A stretch of 53,155 nt of DNA from Chara braunii (taxonomy: Eukaryota > Plantae > Charophyceae): contig BFEA01000026.1 of assembly GCA_003427395.1 (NCBI GenBank), positions 4,264,174 through 4,317,328 on the forward strand, written 5' to 3'. This document shows, piece after piece, positions 11,459 through 24,250 of this stretch. How positions within the stretch are numbered: the stretch's first letter is position 1; each line of letters starts with the position of its first letter. The notes under the pieces were generated by a model that was not told the DNA's origin, ran no database searches, and saw nothing but the letters and a program-made list of their open reading frames with translations. The position numbers and the translations under genes are program-made.

Positions 11459-13673
11459 ACCGCGCACACATATATGATGTGCAGCGATGAGATCAGGTGG
11501 CAGATCATTGGGATCCCTATGGGAAGAACCACGAGCCCAGTGCGTGCGACAGTAACGCGTGCAATGGCCGAAGATCGGTTCCTATCATCCTTAGAAGCCA
11601 ACAGGAAGTTGGTGATGTGGTGGCGGATGGTTGATGATGTGTCTATTGTAGTGGGGTGCAGCGACAAGGATGGCTCATGGGAAAAGGCATAAGCTATTCT
11701 CGAGGTTTTTCAGGGAACGTACGATCGCAAACTCAAAGTCATCAGAAAAGACGATGATACGAATGCCTGGCAATTCATAGGAGGCCGCATGTATGTCATG
11801 ATGGAACCTGTCCAGGTTCATTTCATGCAGGAAACGAAGAACAGAAGCAGTTCGAGTCACTGGGAGGCTACGTGACCAGTCCATGCAGGACTTTGCTAGT
11901 TACTCAGATAAATATACTAAGAAGGGTGTGCTCTCTGCGGCTTTGGAAGGCTGTGGTTCTTATCTACTTCGCAAGCGCTGGTGGCAAGTTCCATAGCATA
12001 TGCAGTAGCAGAGAGTATCCTCCAGGGATGTACCCCAGAGGTCTTGCTGGGTGCCTTGGCTAAGGGCATCGCCACACCACTGTCGAAATGTGCAAAATGA
12101 GAATGAACTTACTGCTAGAACATGGCCCGATGCACCCGCCACAATTTTGTCCCTTTCACATTTCGTGAGTGGTGTGGCGATGCCCTAAATTAGCCAAGGC
12201 CACGAGCCATTGGACGATAGGCCTGCTGACAAGAGTCTTAGGTGGTGTGAGGGGGAGATGGAATGCAAATTTCTGTTTGGAGAGGAGCAGCAGGGCATCC
12301 CTCCTTCCCTGTTGCTTGAGGTGGAGCACGACACGCCAGACACGGTAACGGTGGATATACCTCCAGCGGTGAGGATGCGGGATCTCTATAAAAATCAATT
12401 GGCGGAGATGCTGGAGCTTCTGACCGGTGAACATGGAAGCCTCCCACTAGAGCTCCTGCTGGAGAGTGAAAGGTTTCTTGATGAATGGGAAGCAGACATG
12501 AGTGCGACAATTTCAAAGTGTCGGGCAATCTTTGATATCGACACAAATAACTTACCTCGGCTTTGTGCTGGTGAGATGGTTCGTGGGGTTGAATTCCACT
12601 CCGAATCCGAAGATGGCCCCGACACACAGCAAGCGAGGGTTGCGGCAACAGCAGGTCACAACTACTCTAATCTGGACTGCGGCAACCTCACTACATGTGC
12701 CGAGCTGCTGCTACTTGGAAGTAATCAACATGATGAGGGGGGAGGTGGCTGCACCAAGTGCATTGAGCCGGTGCAATTTGGAAACAACGAATACGATGGG
12801 GAAGGGGGCAGTCAACATACCAAGGGGGAGGAGGCTACACCATGTGCACTGATGTGGCGCTATTTGGAAACAACGAGCACAATGAGGAAGGGGGTATCCA
12901 GAATGACGTGATAGTTGAAGACGGTGATCAAATGCATGCTGATGAGATGCCTCGAGGCCACGACCCCTATGATCGACAACAAAATCGACTTCACAACAAC
13001 ATCTTACAAAGCGAAGGGAGGGATAGGGCACGCAATCACTTGACCTCCCTCCTACAACCTGGTTCTGGCCGCCCGGGAGCTTCGGGCACTCTTCAACTTC
13101 AGCAACCTGTCCCTGATGTATCGAGTACACGGGGGTTTCCCTGCACCCCTTTCTGGTTCGGGGATGACTTCGGAAAAGGTAAGAGCTCGGTGCTGTCAGG
13201 TATCTGTTTCTCCTGGGGATTGTTAGGATTTCGTCTTGAAGACGGGCGGATGGAACAAATACTGAGGGTGGGGACAACTGTGGTACAACAGGCTTGGGAT
13301 GAGGGGATGGTGAGATCAGGTGTTGGTTAGGAGGGTATGGGTGGACGAAAATTTGTCGATGTCATCCTTTACCCCTGATGCTAGTATTACAATATGATTG
13401 CAACATAACGGGTGGAGCATAATTTGCTCTCAGGATTTGGGGGTATGGACTCGGGAACAGTTGCTTGTAGGGTAACTTCCGGTAGGGGCAGGGTGGTAGT
13501 TTCTCTGGGTGCGAGGATCTCGGGGAAGCTTCACTCTGCAGAAGGCCGGGGTATAACGGCTGGGATTCTGCCATGTGGCAGGGACAGGGTGGAATTTTAG
13601 CATGTTGGTGCAGTATACGTAGATGATACATTTGATAGCAGTTGAAGATTGGTATTACTCCACCTCTGAGATA

Positions 13674-13930
13674 GATGGGCAGTCAATCCCCTTGCGAAGA
13701 GGGCAATCAATGTTGCTCATCATATATGACTTGACATAATGGCATGTGTAACACATCACCTGGCTCCTTGTTATGATGTAAAGGGACGCTGGACCCTTTT
13801 CCAGCAGGTGCAGCTCCCCACCAATGGAACAGAGCCATCCAACGAGCCGGGATAGTAGAGGGGGTGTCTGCTCTTATCAGCACCTCCCCTACACCCCGTC
13901 AATAATGATTAAAAAAAAAAAGAAAAAAAA
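13674..13930 (+). mobile_element. Retroelement 3' end with motifs A, B, C and poly(A)
   Basis: A 13674-13720, B 13783-13836, C ~13855-13893, tail 13911-13930. Confidence 0.8.
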
Positions 13931-14884
13931 GGAGTCTTCGACTCTTCAGTCTGTCTGAAGGCCAGGAATTGTGGGGGCGGGGCTTGATACTGGGATCTCC
14001 AGGACGGAAATAGTAAACAGGCGGCAGTTGGAAAACACCTGCGGCCAGATGTCGGCACACGAATACAGAAGCTCCCGAATGTAACCGCCGAACGGCCATT
14101 TGGAGCTTCCTAGGGCCTTTTCAAGTAGAAAGTATCGGGCTGAGTACTTGACCCGATGAATTTTGTCTCTGCTAGTACATTATGCATCTTCATGTATTTC
14201 CCTTGTACTTGTTTTCCGGCACTTGGGAGCTAGCAGTTGCTTACGATGCATCGAGGCCATTTGTTTGTCGGATTTTGCCGGAACCCTGCCAGAATCATCA
14301 AGTTTTCTTTAGATTTTAAATTTCTTATATTTTTCAAAACATTCCCGGAGCAGGCAAGGCCCGAACAGGCCTTGGAAATAGGCCTAGGCACATGCTGCGT
14401 ACAGAGTTTGTACGAGAAGTAAAAACAAAAAAAAAAAGACACGTAACAGTACGGATAAAAGAGTGATGGAGGCAAGGCGGCAGGCCTCTTTTCGACTGAA
14501 GTGCTCGATAGAGCGCACCTTCCTGATGATTCCGCACAGTGGGCAAATGAAACTGGTTGAAGGACCTGCTAAGTCGATTTCTGGGAGAACTGGACATGGT
14601 GACCTGGTGGGCGGGCATGTGTGAAGTGTGAAGCTGTTCGAAGGTTGAACTCTTTTGCAACTATTTTCTCGTTTTCTGAGCTATATTTGAGTTTGCTCGA
14701 TATCTTTGCTATCTGTTGCTAACTGTGCATGCTAACCTTCCCGTTGCTGTGTGTCCCCGGACAGACTGTTGCCACAGTCTGCCTTACTCCAAATGGAAGA
14801 AGAAAAGGCCCCGAGGATTGACAGATTCTCTAACGAGTTCTTAGAATCTATGTGGAGCATTCTTAGCAATGACCCGATGAGGTC

Positions 14885-15137
14885 TTTTTTTTTTTTACTT
14901 TTTTTTTAAATCAACAGCCAGTTTCGGACTACTAGGAGGAGTGCTATGAGCAGCTTCCCCTAGTAGTCCTGCTTGTGGCAGCTCCGTTCCGTTCTACTGG
15001 TGGGGAGCGATACCTGCTGGGAACCGGGTCTAGCGTCCCATGAAGTGCAATCGGTGCTGTAACAACATTGTGGGCTATTATACTACTGCAGTTCCATAGA
15101 GAATATAATGAGAGTCTCTCCAAAGGTACAAAAGAAC
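14885..15137 (-). mobile_element. Short (~250 bp) retroposed insert of little more than motifs B+C and poly(A)
   Basis: poly(T) from 14885; hairpin 14926-14969; motif B 14981-15039; 13-bp TSD with one mismatch. Confidence 0.8.
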
Positions 15138-15226
15138 ATGACCTGATGAGTTTTTATAGGGAGGTGTGGAGGACAAGGGACATAGGGGAAATGGCGGGCC
15201 ACCGAATGAATATTAAGAACTACCAT

Positions 15227-18200
15227 AGGTTGTCTCTCTACTTCACTAAGATTGATTAGTTTTAATGGATCGCATAACTACACGTAAGATCTTGCCCGTG
15301 AAAGCCAATTGGCACACCTCTTGTTGGTAATACGATTATTTCGCCATGTGGTGAGGCCGGGAGATGTGTAGTGGGGTTTGCCCTTGTGCTTTGTTGGGCT
15401 TTGCCGCGTGGCGTTACAGAAGGATAGGTGTGTTAGCTTACTCTTACCATACTCTATCTTCATCCAGGAATTAGAATTGTCTCTTAAATTTGTGCCCTCC
15501 CTTTTCTGATTGGGTTTCTTTTTTTCTTTTTTTTTTTTCTTTTTTTTTCTTTTTTTTTTTGAATAGCCCTTGTGTAAGCTCTCCATCCCGATGGTGGTAA
15601 GAGAACCATCAGAATCGAGGGCTTATCTTCTGGGCTGCTCCATCTATTGGTGGGGAGCGACACCGGCTGGAAACCGGGTCCAGCGTCCCATGTATACAAT
15701 CGTGAACACAAAGATTTTAGCAAACAAAGTTGAGTTGGCTGTGCGTGTTTCCATATCCCTCCGTGTCCCCGAAATCCCATGGAGCTGCTACGATTCCCAG
15801 TCCCAGTTGGGGCACCCATTACAACCTTGGACAGCCATACTCAGCAGCCCCCCTTTAAACGTAAACAAAGCGTACAGTGACCCTTAAAACCCCTTTACCC
15901 TTCAGCCTTTGGACCCTTAAACCCCTTTACCCTTCAGCACCTCGATCCTCTGCTATCCTTCTGGATCCCTGCTTGCCCTGCTGCCCAGTCTTCGCTTCCT
16001 ATTCATCTCCCTTAGTCCATCGTAGTCGGAGGATAGAGTATCTGTTCCTGTTCGTACCTCCTCCTTCATCCAAGTCCCTGCATCCCTCCATGGCTGTGCC
16101 TGGCTTGTTGTTGATTGTCACCGTCCAGATCATCCACCGCGACAGGGCAGGAGAGGGGAAGCAGCAGGCCAAAGCCAGTGCCTTATTATCAGGCCGCCCT
16201 TTTCGTCCACAGACTCGGCTCACTCAGGCCTGAAGCGTCCCATCGTGAGTTATTGCTCCCTCACTTCCAGTCTTCCATTGCCAATCACTCCGACAGCCCC
16301 TTTTGGCCTTCCTGCCAAACCCAGTTGTTAGGAGCCACACAAGTGCAGATCAAGTGGTCTGAAGGGTAAGTGCCGGCGGCAGGGCGAGTGCTGGGATGGG
16401 AGGCGCTGCACAGGGGGGAAGCGACGAGCTTGGCAGGGCAGGCGGGGGGAGGTGGTGTGACTGGGCAATCGGTCCTGGGGTAGGGAGCAGCACAAAGTTG
16501 GGTTGGAGGTACGAGACCTGGAAGTCGGTAAAGGGTTTCCTCTAGCAGCCTGGTTCCGTTTTCCTCCAAGGTTTCCACGTGACACGAAGGTCGGTATCAA
16601 GCTCTGAGAACAATTTGCCAGGGTCTTGCCAAGTGAGCATGTAGGCTTGTCGGATAACATCTCTGGCAGGAGGATCTTTTTCCTCCAGAAGATCCCGCTT
16701 CATAGCCTTCCAGGCATCGTGGGTGTTAGTTCTGATCTGTTCTTCCACTGCTTGTTGAGTCTGCATCAGCCCAAATTGATGGTCCTTCCTTTCGAAGGAG
16801 CATCTACCTCTCCAAGCCAACATAAGCAGATGCAGTCTTGTGTATGAAAAAAGGTTAGTCGCAAAAGGAGACCATCGGGCCAGCAGGTGGTGATTCTTCC
16901 CGAGCAGCAAGAGGCCGATATCCCAGGGTATGTGATGACCTGTGAGGGAGTGAAAGACCGCATCCCACCATCGCCATAGCTGGGTTACCATCGGGCAGGC
17001 CAGGAGGCAATGCTCGAGAGTCGCCCTGGCTGGTGTGTTAGCGCAGTACGCGCAGATCGGGGATACCTTGCCTTGCTGCTCAAGGTTAGTCCTGGACACT
17101 ATCCAGTCGGGGGTGGGGAGGCAGCGGTGGTCCGGTGGAGGATCTGCCACTACAGAGATCTATGGTTTGTTGGCATGATTCTTGCGTACCTGGACCAGTC
17201 AAAAGCCTGTGTCAGCTTATGGTCCAGCGGCGAGTCACGCTCCCATCTGTTCGCTACCGTTTGACTGATCGGCATGGTTTGTCGAGATGTTCGGTATCCT
17301 CCTTTGACTGTGTAGTTCCATATGTACATCGGTTTGGAACCCGGCCACTCCCATTCAGCCGGGTCAAAAGGGAGGTTGGCCACAGGAGTGGAGGTCTCAT
17401 ATGCAAAGTAACCGTTTTCCTGCTCCCCCACCGCCCTGACCTGCATCAGTCCCGCCCATGTTCCTATAGTGTCCAGGCTGTCATTTCTTACCAGTTTTGT
17501 GAACGTGGCCCCTGGCAGTTGTGGTTCGTAGGCTTCCAGTTCGCAGGTCCCGTGATTGTTATCCTTCACGCGAAATATGACCAGGTGGGTCGGAGAGTCC
17601 GAGTACCTGACGACCCAGTCATCCGGGCGGGCTGTTAGGCTCTCCCTAAGGGTGAGATGCCAGGCAATGGGGAGGGCCTCTTTTAGCAGGCTAGCATTTT
17701 CTTCGACGTTTTTGGCATACTTGAGTTTACGCTGTAATTGGGCAGGGGTCGCCCACTTCCCCCCCACTGGGTCCACAAGTCCCCAACCGTGAACACCCCT
17801 TTCTTGGCCCAGGTCAGCCAAGGAGAGTTGGTTGTCAGGGGAAAGGGCTGGCCTGATTCTTGCAGGATGTGTGGGTTACCAAAAAGGGGTTGCCTCCATA
17901 TATCATGCCATCTGTTCGGAGGGTGTTTTTGCCGGGGGGCCCTCCGTCGCCAAAGTTTAATCATAAACGGCCAGAGCGGGTCCGCCATTATGTCCCTCTT
18001 TGTATCATAGGACGGGTCAGGCGGGTATGGCGGATGCGTCTGTTTGGGATGCCCTGGAATAGTCCAGTGCTGTCAGCCATTGGAACGGGTGGACCGTTCC
18101 AAGAGCCTCATTTTGAGGGGCCAGGTTGGTTATTTGCAGGCAGACCAGCTGCTTCCAGGGAATGTTGTTCCCTATGAGGAGGCGGACCAGGACTTTAAAG

Positions 18201-21019
18201 ATGAGCGTCTCGGTCTGTCTCTCCGGGTCTAAGATTCCCAATCCGCCTTTGGATCTAGGCTGCGTCAGCACGTCCCACTTCACCCTGTTGAGGCAACCTA
18301 GAGTTTTAACGCTGTTTTTCCATAGGTACGTCGTGAGGGTTTTCTTCAGTCTCGTGTGCTGCTGCTTGTTCAGCGGCCAGACTGCCAGTTTATACCAGAT
18401 GGCCGCTAGAATAGCACTATTAATTGCTAGAGCGCCCCACCAGTGATGTATGCAACCCCTCCCAGTTGGCCAGGCGGTCTATGGCCATGTTGACCAACAT
18501 GTCCCCATGGTCCGGTGGGGACCCATCGCAGTCAATCGGACCCCCAATATCCTAATGGCATCTTCTTTACGGGCCCAAGCTACACTCGGCTGGGGCGGAG
18601 GTGGTTGTCCGTGAGGGTGAAGCCACCAGCCCTCAGTCTTAGATCCCCAGTTGACCTTCATGTCTGCTGCGAGCGAGAAGAGGTGAATAACTTGGGTGAG
18701 TGCTTGGATACTGTCTGGGTCGGCGCTTATCAGCACCGTGAGATCATCCGCAAAGAGCGACGTCACTGGTATGAGGTGATGTGGCACGTCTGGTATAGGC
18801 ACTTTGCTGATACCGGGGTGCGCTCTGATCATTGACGCCAGGGCCTCCATGACAATAATAAATAGCAGCGGCGCAATGGGGTCTCCTTGGCGCACTGATC
18901 TTTGGAGGCGAATAGGTGGAGAGAGGTGGCCGTTAAGCATTATGCTTGTCGTGGTCGATCTATGCAGGAGTTGTACCCATTGGCAGAAAGTCGGACCGAA
19001 GTTCATTTTGAGAAGGCACATATCAAGAAAGTCCCAGTCAACATGGTCATATGCCTTTTCAAAGTCTATGAAGAGGATCGCCGCTTGGACTCTTCTTTGG
19101 CGGGCATATTTGATGGTCTCGTTGACGAGCAGAATATTATCCTGAATGTTCTGATTGGGCATGAACCCCGTTTGGTCTGGGTGAATCAGCATATTCATCA
19201 AAGGCAACAGTCTGTTAGTCAGCACTTTTAGCCACCATCTTGTAGGGGACCGGAAGGAGGGTGATGGGTCTATAGTTTCTTATGTTGTCCTTGTCGCCTT
19301 TCTTATATAACAGGGTAGTTACTCCCTGGCCGATCATCCCACCAAAAGAACCTTCTTTCTGCACCGCCTGTATGTATTCCATGAGATCGTCGTTGAATAA
19401 GTCTCAAAAAGTGACCCAAAATTCTTTCGGGAAGGAATCGATCCCCGACGTCTTCTTGTCCTCCATGTCTTGTAAGGCGTCCCGGACCTCTTGCGAGGTT
19501 ATGGGCTCATCCAGAGTGGCTTTTTGTTGCTGTGTTAAGGAGGAGTGGACTGCCTGGAGGAGCGACTGCCTCGCTTGATGGACTTGGTCTGGGTTTTTGG
19601 TGGGCGTTTCGGACGTGAACAAACTCTTATAATATTTTGCTGCATAGGTTGTGATTGCGTATGCATTGGTTGCTGGCAAAGCGCCGGTATCCAACGGGTG
19701 ATTCAGTCTAGGGACCGTGGCCGCTCTTGATCTGGCCCTGGCTTTTGCAAAAAAAGTCTTTGCCATTGTCCCATCTGTGTGTTGTTTTTTAATTTTAGCC
19801 TGCACCCTCCAGGCCTGCGCTTGTTGTTCGATGTATGCCTGGAGGTGGTTGTGGGCGTCTTGCAGTTTATCAAACGAGGGGCGGCGCAGCGGGTCGTTCA
19901 TAAGTTCTTCATCCCATTCTTCAAGTTCTCTCATGAGGCTTTGAAGACACGCCTTGCGGTCTCTCGCGTGCTGAGAATTTTTTCGCTCTTTCCCGTAGTT
20001 GCGCTACACCCTCATTAAACCACTTCACCCTTTCCCCATAAACAGCTTTCTGGGTCTGCCAATATGTCCAGAAGTCTTTAACCAATTCTTTGAATCTGGG
20101 CAAGGTGAGCAAAGAGGCATTGAGTTTGTAAAACCCCGGCCCTCGCTGTATGTGTCTGTGGAAAGACAGACCCAGTGTAATCATCCTATGGTCGAAGGAC
20201 TTGCATGGGCTTATTGTCGTTATTTCTGCCGTTGTGACCAGGCCCATCAGGTCTTTCGATACCAGCATAAGATCGATTCGTGAGCTGGCTAAGCCGAGGT
20301 CGCCTCTTGACGACAGACAGGTATAAGCTCTCTGGGTGGGGTGAAGCAGTCTATATGCATCTTCTAATTGTCTGTCCGCCAGGAGTTGTTTCAGTAAGCA
20401 AGTATCCGGGGCGGGGCCAATCACCGATGGGGAAGCTGGGTCATGGTGTCTAGCCGTGGATCTACGGTCCATGATTGGGTCAAGCGTGGTATTAAAATCT
20501 CCCGCAAGTATAAGAGGAGCGTATTCCTGCAGCAGGTCACGGAGATCGAGCCAAAAGTCAGTCCTTGCTATAGGGTCATTGGGGGCATACACGTTGATTA
20601 GTGTCGCATTAGGGAGATCACAGATGTAGTGCTTAGGGTTTGACTGGGATTATGGATTAAGCCAGACTCTGCTATAACTTCCCCCGCCTCTCATGGTGCT
20701 GAATGGTCCACGTAGCGGTAGACGAGTTGAGCAGGGCAGGGTAATGATGCTAGGGTTTCTATGAGCAGTTAATCCCCGCGTATGAGGGCAATCAATGCTG
20801 ATCCTCAGTAACCGTCTGCGCATATACTACAAACACATGTCTGTTCAAACAAATGATTACAATGTTCAGGGACGCTGGACCCGCTTTCTAGCAGGTGTCG
20901 CTCCCCACCAATAGATGGAGCCTCTCCGAGAGTGCTAGTGGTGTCTGCTCCTATCAGCACCCCTAGCATTAACTCCGGCTGCTTTTTGTAAGAAAATAAT
21001 AATATAAAAAAAGAAAAAA
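15227..21019 (+). mobile_element. Non-coding retroposed insert (15227-~15514 plus ~20607-21019) with motifs A, B, C and poly(A), split by LINE E
   Basis: 12-bp TSD aagaactaccat; motif A ~20763-20808, B 20869-20922, C 20933-20968. Confidence 0.7.
15515..20606 (-). mobile_element. LINE E: 5'-truncated L1/Tx1-like element, ORF2 (APE endonuclease-RT-zf-RVT) with frameshifts, ~1 kb 3'UTR, poly(A)
   Basis: EN motifs NVYAPND, AGDFN, SRIDL, FDHR (19921-20600); RT motifs DFEKAYD, VRQGDP, LFADD (18479-19225); CAYC...EHCLLACP (16542-17150); motif B 15637-15689; poly(T) 15515-15560. Confidence 0.95.
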
Positions 21020-21289
21020 AAGAACTACCATCCCATCACCCTTTTGACTGTGGTCTACAAGATGTTGGCGAAGACCCTTGCCAACTGTAAGATTGACGTG
21101 ATGGAAGACATCATCCACCCGGCCCAAGCCGGCTTTTTTGATAAATCGCCACGTACAAGAACACATTTTTTTAGTTAATGAAATGTTAAAACTATCTCGT
21201 CAATCTAAACAAAAAAATGCATTCATCTTTATTTACTTTGAAAAAGCGTACGATCACGTAGAGCTGCTGAACATCCATACAAACTGACG

Positions 21290-21530
21290 GCAGGTGAGTA
21301 AATCCCCTCAAAAAGGGCAATCAATGCCGACCCTGAGGATGACCATTCATTGAGTTTATGCTCACGTACAAATTGGGGATGGGGGACCTGCTTTCCAGCA
21401 GGTGCCGCTCCCCACCAATGGATTGGAGCCATCATAGATGGGGCCTGCCGAGGAGGGTGCTTGTATCACCTCCTCGTACACTGCCCTCCTGCAGATGACT
21501 CTTGTCAAAACACACACAAAAAAAAACGAA
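21290..21530 (+). mobile_element. Retroelement 3' end with motifs A, B, C
   Basis: A ~21290-21335, B 21375-21430, C 21449-21476, short A-run ~21518-21526. Confidence 0.7.
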
Positions 21531-21804
21531 ATCTTCTGACTGAGCTCTGGACGCGATTGCAGTCAGATGCATGCAACAAGGTCTACCTGTCATTGCAGTC
21601 AAGTACATGTAGAAGAGTGCTGCTGTGAGTATGTCCTGTGTGCCATCCTTTTCTTTCTCTTTGGCTGGTCCCCCGCCAGCCATTGCTCTGCAGCACTGTT
21701 CTACCCAAACATCTGTCAGTGGGTGTTTATGTTTCACAGCACAGCCTTCCTTATGAAACGTCCTGGTGGTCTATTAATTAAACACGTGAAAAGGCCGTGT
21801 ATCA

Positions 21805-21960
21805 TTTTTTTTTTTTTTCTATTCTTTTTTTTCCCCTTCTTTTTTCCTTCTTTTCTCCTGCCTTCGCCTCGTCCGGCGGCGCGGCCATATATTGTCTTCC
21901 ATTGTCAGATCCAATTTGCTGGTGGGGAGCAACATCTACCACAAACTGGGCCCAGTCTCA
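21805..21960 (-). mobile_element. Highly degenerate retroelement 3' end (motif B remnant, T-rich tract)
   Basis: ctggtggggagcaacatct...actgggcccag at ~21919-21956; T-rich tract 21805-21855. Confidence 0.45.
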
Positions 21961-22197
21961 CAACAAGGGTCCTTGAATGACATATATTGTATTCTTGTCG
22001 GGGAAAAAAAAAAAAAAAAAGATTCGAAAGACGTGGGTGGCCTGAGAGAGGCAGATACCGAGGCAAAACAGTGCACACGCCCCCCTCCCCCTTTCAACAA
22101 AATGAAAAAAAAAAAAAAAAAATTCAGATAGTCATCCCCAAGTGGGGAATTTCGGTCCTTCACACGAAATATATATTTGTCAGAAGACTCGTGTCAG

Positions 22198-22233
<36 letters not shown>

Positions 22234-22778
22234 NNNNNNNNNNNNNNNNNNNNNNNNNNNNNNNNNNNNNNNNNNNNNNNNNNNNNNNNNNNNNNNNNNN
22301 NNNNNNNNNNNNNNNNNNNNNNNNNNNNNNNNNNNNNNNNNNNNNNNNNNNNNNNNNNNNNNNNNNNNNNNNNNNNNNCCCAACCACGGACCTCCCACAA
22401 TGAAGACACCTGTCTTCAGCCGGTCCCGTGCGAGTCCCTAAGTGCAAAAAACCGAAAAGTTATGAAACTTTTTTTTTTTTTTTTTAAGTTATGAAACTTT
22501 CCATTCCTCATTGATTCCGTAGAGAAAGAGAAAAACTCAAAAGAAGAAGGGGGGAAAAAAAAGGAGCATGGCCACAGGGTCCCACTTGCATAGATCAACA
22601 TCAAGAGATAATACTCCCCCGTTGATCTTCTTTATCTACAGCCAATATCTCTTAATCGGAAGTTAATCCGAGCAAGTGGGACCTTGGCCAAGATGTCAGC
22701 GAATGCTGTCATATTGAACTTTGCCTCGTTGTTTTTTTTAATCTTTTTTCCTATTACTCTGTAACTGACAGGCCTCCC

Positions 22779-22810
<32 letters not shown>

Positions 22811-22811
22811 A

Positions 22812-23193
22812 GGGGCCTAACTCAGTTGGTGAGGCTCGCAAGTGGCATTTAGGAGGTCGTGTGTTCAATCCCCATTAGCCTCATGTACCTTTCTGGGCAA
22901 GCTTGGCGCCCACCACCTACAGATAGACCACTGGATCCCCCGATCGGCATTGAGCAGAGTCTGCTGATGTTCGTAGGGGAGGGGAGCTGAGGGGAGGCAA
23001 AGGGATTGGTCCTCTTGGCATGGTCCCTGATGCTACTGGCTGTCCCCTAGCCTGTATTGCCGACCTGCAGGTCAGGAGCAGCCCCCGCATAATCTCTCGT
23101 GAACACGGTTCTGGCTGCTACGGGGTTTCCCGTATGCCTACAATTAGGAGTAGTGGTAGGTAGGTAGTGTTAAAAAAAAAAATAAAAAAAAAA
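22812..23193 (+). mobile_element. tRNA-derived SINE
   Basis: Head ggggcctaactcagttgg (A box)...gtgttcaatcc (B box) with tRNA-like spacing, ~290 bp body, A-rich tail 23172-23193. Confidence 0.7.
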
Positions 23194-23199
23194 TGAAGG

Positions 23200-24250
23200 C
23201 TGGAAGAAGTCCTCAAAGTGGAAGCAGGAACAGACAATGCAGAGACAGACGAGGATCAGGGCGAGGTACTGGTATCCAGGTGGGCAGTAAAAGAGGGATA
23301 TGGAGGAGAGCAAAAAGTAATGCGACTGTCGGAAACCACGATCGGTTCAGACACCAAGTTGACGGTGATCAGAGTATTACCAAAGATTGAAGGCCCGGGC
23401 AGGCTCTCACTAGCTACGGTTCAAGGGGGGGCTGCTTTGCAGTCCCTCAGACTCGACCCAGCTAGCTGCATGTGGCGGAACCGTACAGCTGGTCGCAAGA
23501 ACCGATTGCAGTTCAACACGAAGCTCGGAAGGAGTGTCCTGAATCCAACTGACTCTTCCTCGCCCCAGAGGTCAGCGAGAGAATGGCTCGAATGCTTAAC
23601 CTCTCAGAACCATTGTCCCCTGTAGAAGTCAGATCCACCTGGTCCCACCTCTCTCTCCTCCCCAGTCTCAAACTGTCTGGTCTGCTGTGGCTATTATCCC
23701 ACTCCGCGATCCCCACAGCCAAGTGGCTGTCAGAAAGAGGTCTGGAGGTACAAACTTTGTGCAAACGCTGTGGGAATCGACAGGAAGAGAACCTGCGACA
23801 CCTGATCTGGGACTGCCCCGCTTCCAACCGGGTTTGGAGATGGTGGGCAACACATTGGCAGAAACTCGGTTCGGCTTTGCAGTGGGCCCAGTCTTGGGTG
23901 CTCACAGGCAAACTCCCCCCGTGATTCTTCAAGGGGAAAGGGTGGGGATACATGGCGCAGGCTATCCGATCAGCGGTAATGTGGGCTATTTGGGATGACT
24001 GCAACAGTATTATCTTCAGGGGAGAATGGACAGCAGACCAGAGACTAAAAGCCAAGATCAAAACGACGATTTGAACCATGATAGTGGCGGACTGGGTGCG
24101 GAAAGCAGACAAAGGAAACAGTCAGAGAGGAACAGATTGGTTTTTGTTGACATGGGCAAGAGGTTGCCAGCTAGCTGCAGTCACGGTGGAAGGCAAGATG
24201 GTCCTTTCTCCATGGCTGAGCAGCCAGTTGGGTTGAAAGCCAGATAGTGA
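23200..24250 (+). pseudogene. LINE ORF2 C-terminal fragment (zf-RVT) of another family
   Basis: LWLLSHSAIPTAKWL...CKRCGNRQEENLRHLIWDCPASNRVWRWW; then AVMWAIW..CNSIIF. Confidence 0.75.

Larger units (their letters stand above)
14775..21265 (+). pseudogene. Old LINE ORF2 fragment split by two insertions (pieces ~14775-14884, 15138-15226, 21020-21265)
   Basis: LLQMEEEKAP..EFLESMW | DLMSFYREVW...NIKNYH | PITLLTVVYKMLAKTLAN...FEKAYDHV joins across TSDs atgacc(c/t)gatgag (14869/15138) and aagaactaccat (15215/21020). Confidence 0.75.

Noticed and set aside
12210-13330. Host protein-coding gene
   Set aside because: No recognisable domain or exon structure; probably decayed repeat-derived sequence.
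14110-14387. MITE with ctagggccttttcaag / cttggaaataggcctag ends
   Set aside because: Imperfect TIR and no convincing TSD.
22812-22883. Functional tRNA gene
   Set aside because: Anticodon and acceptor arms do not fold properly; followed by a body and A-tail, so called a SINE head.
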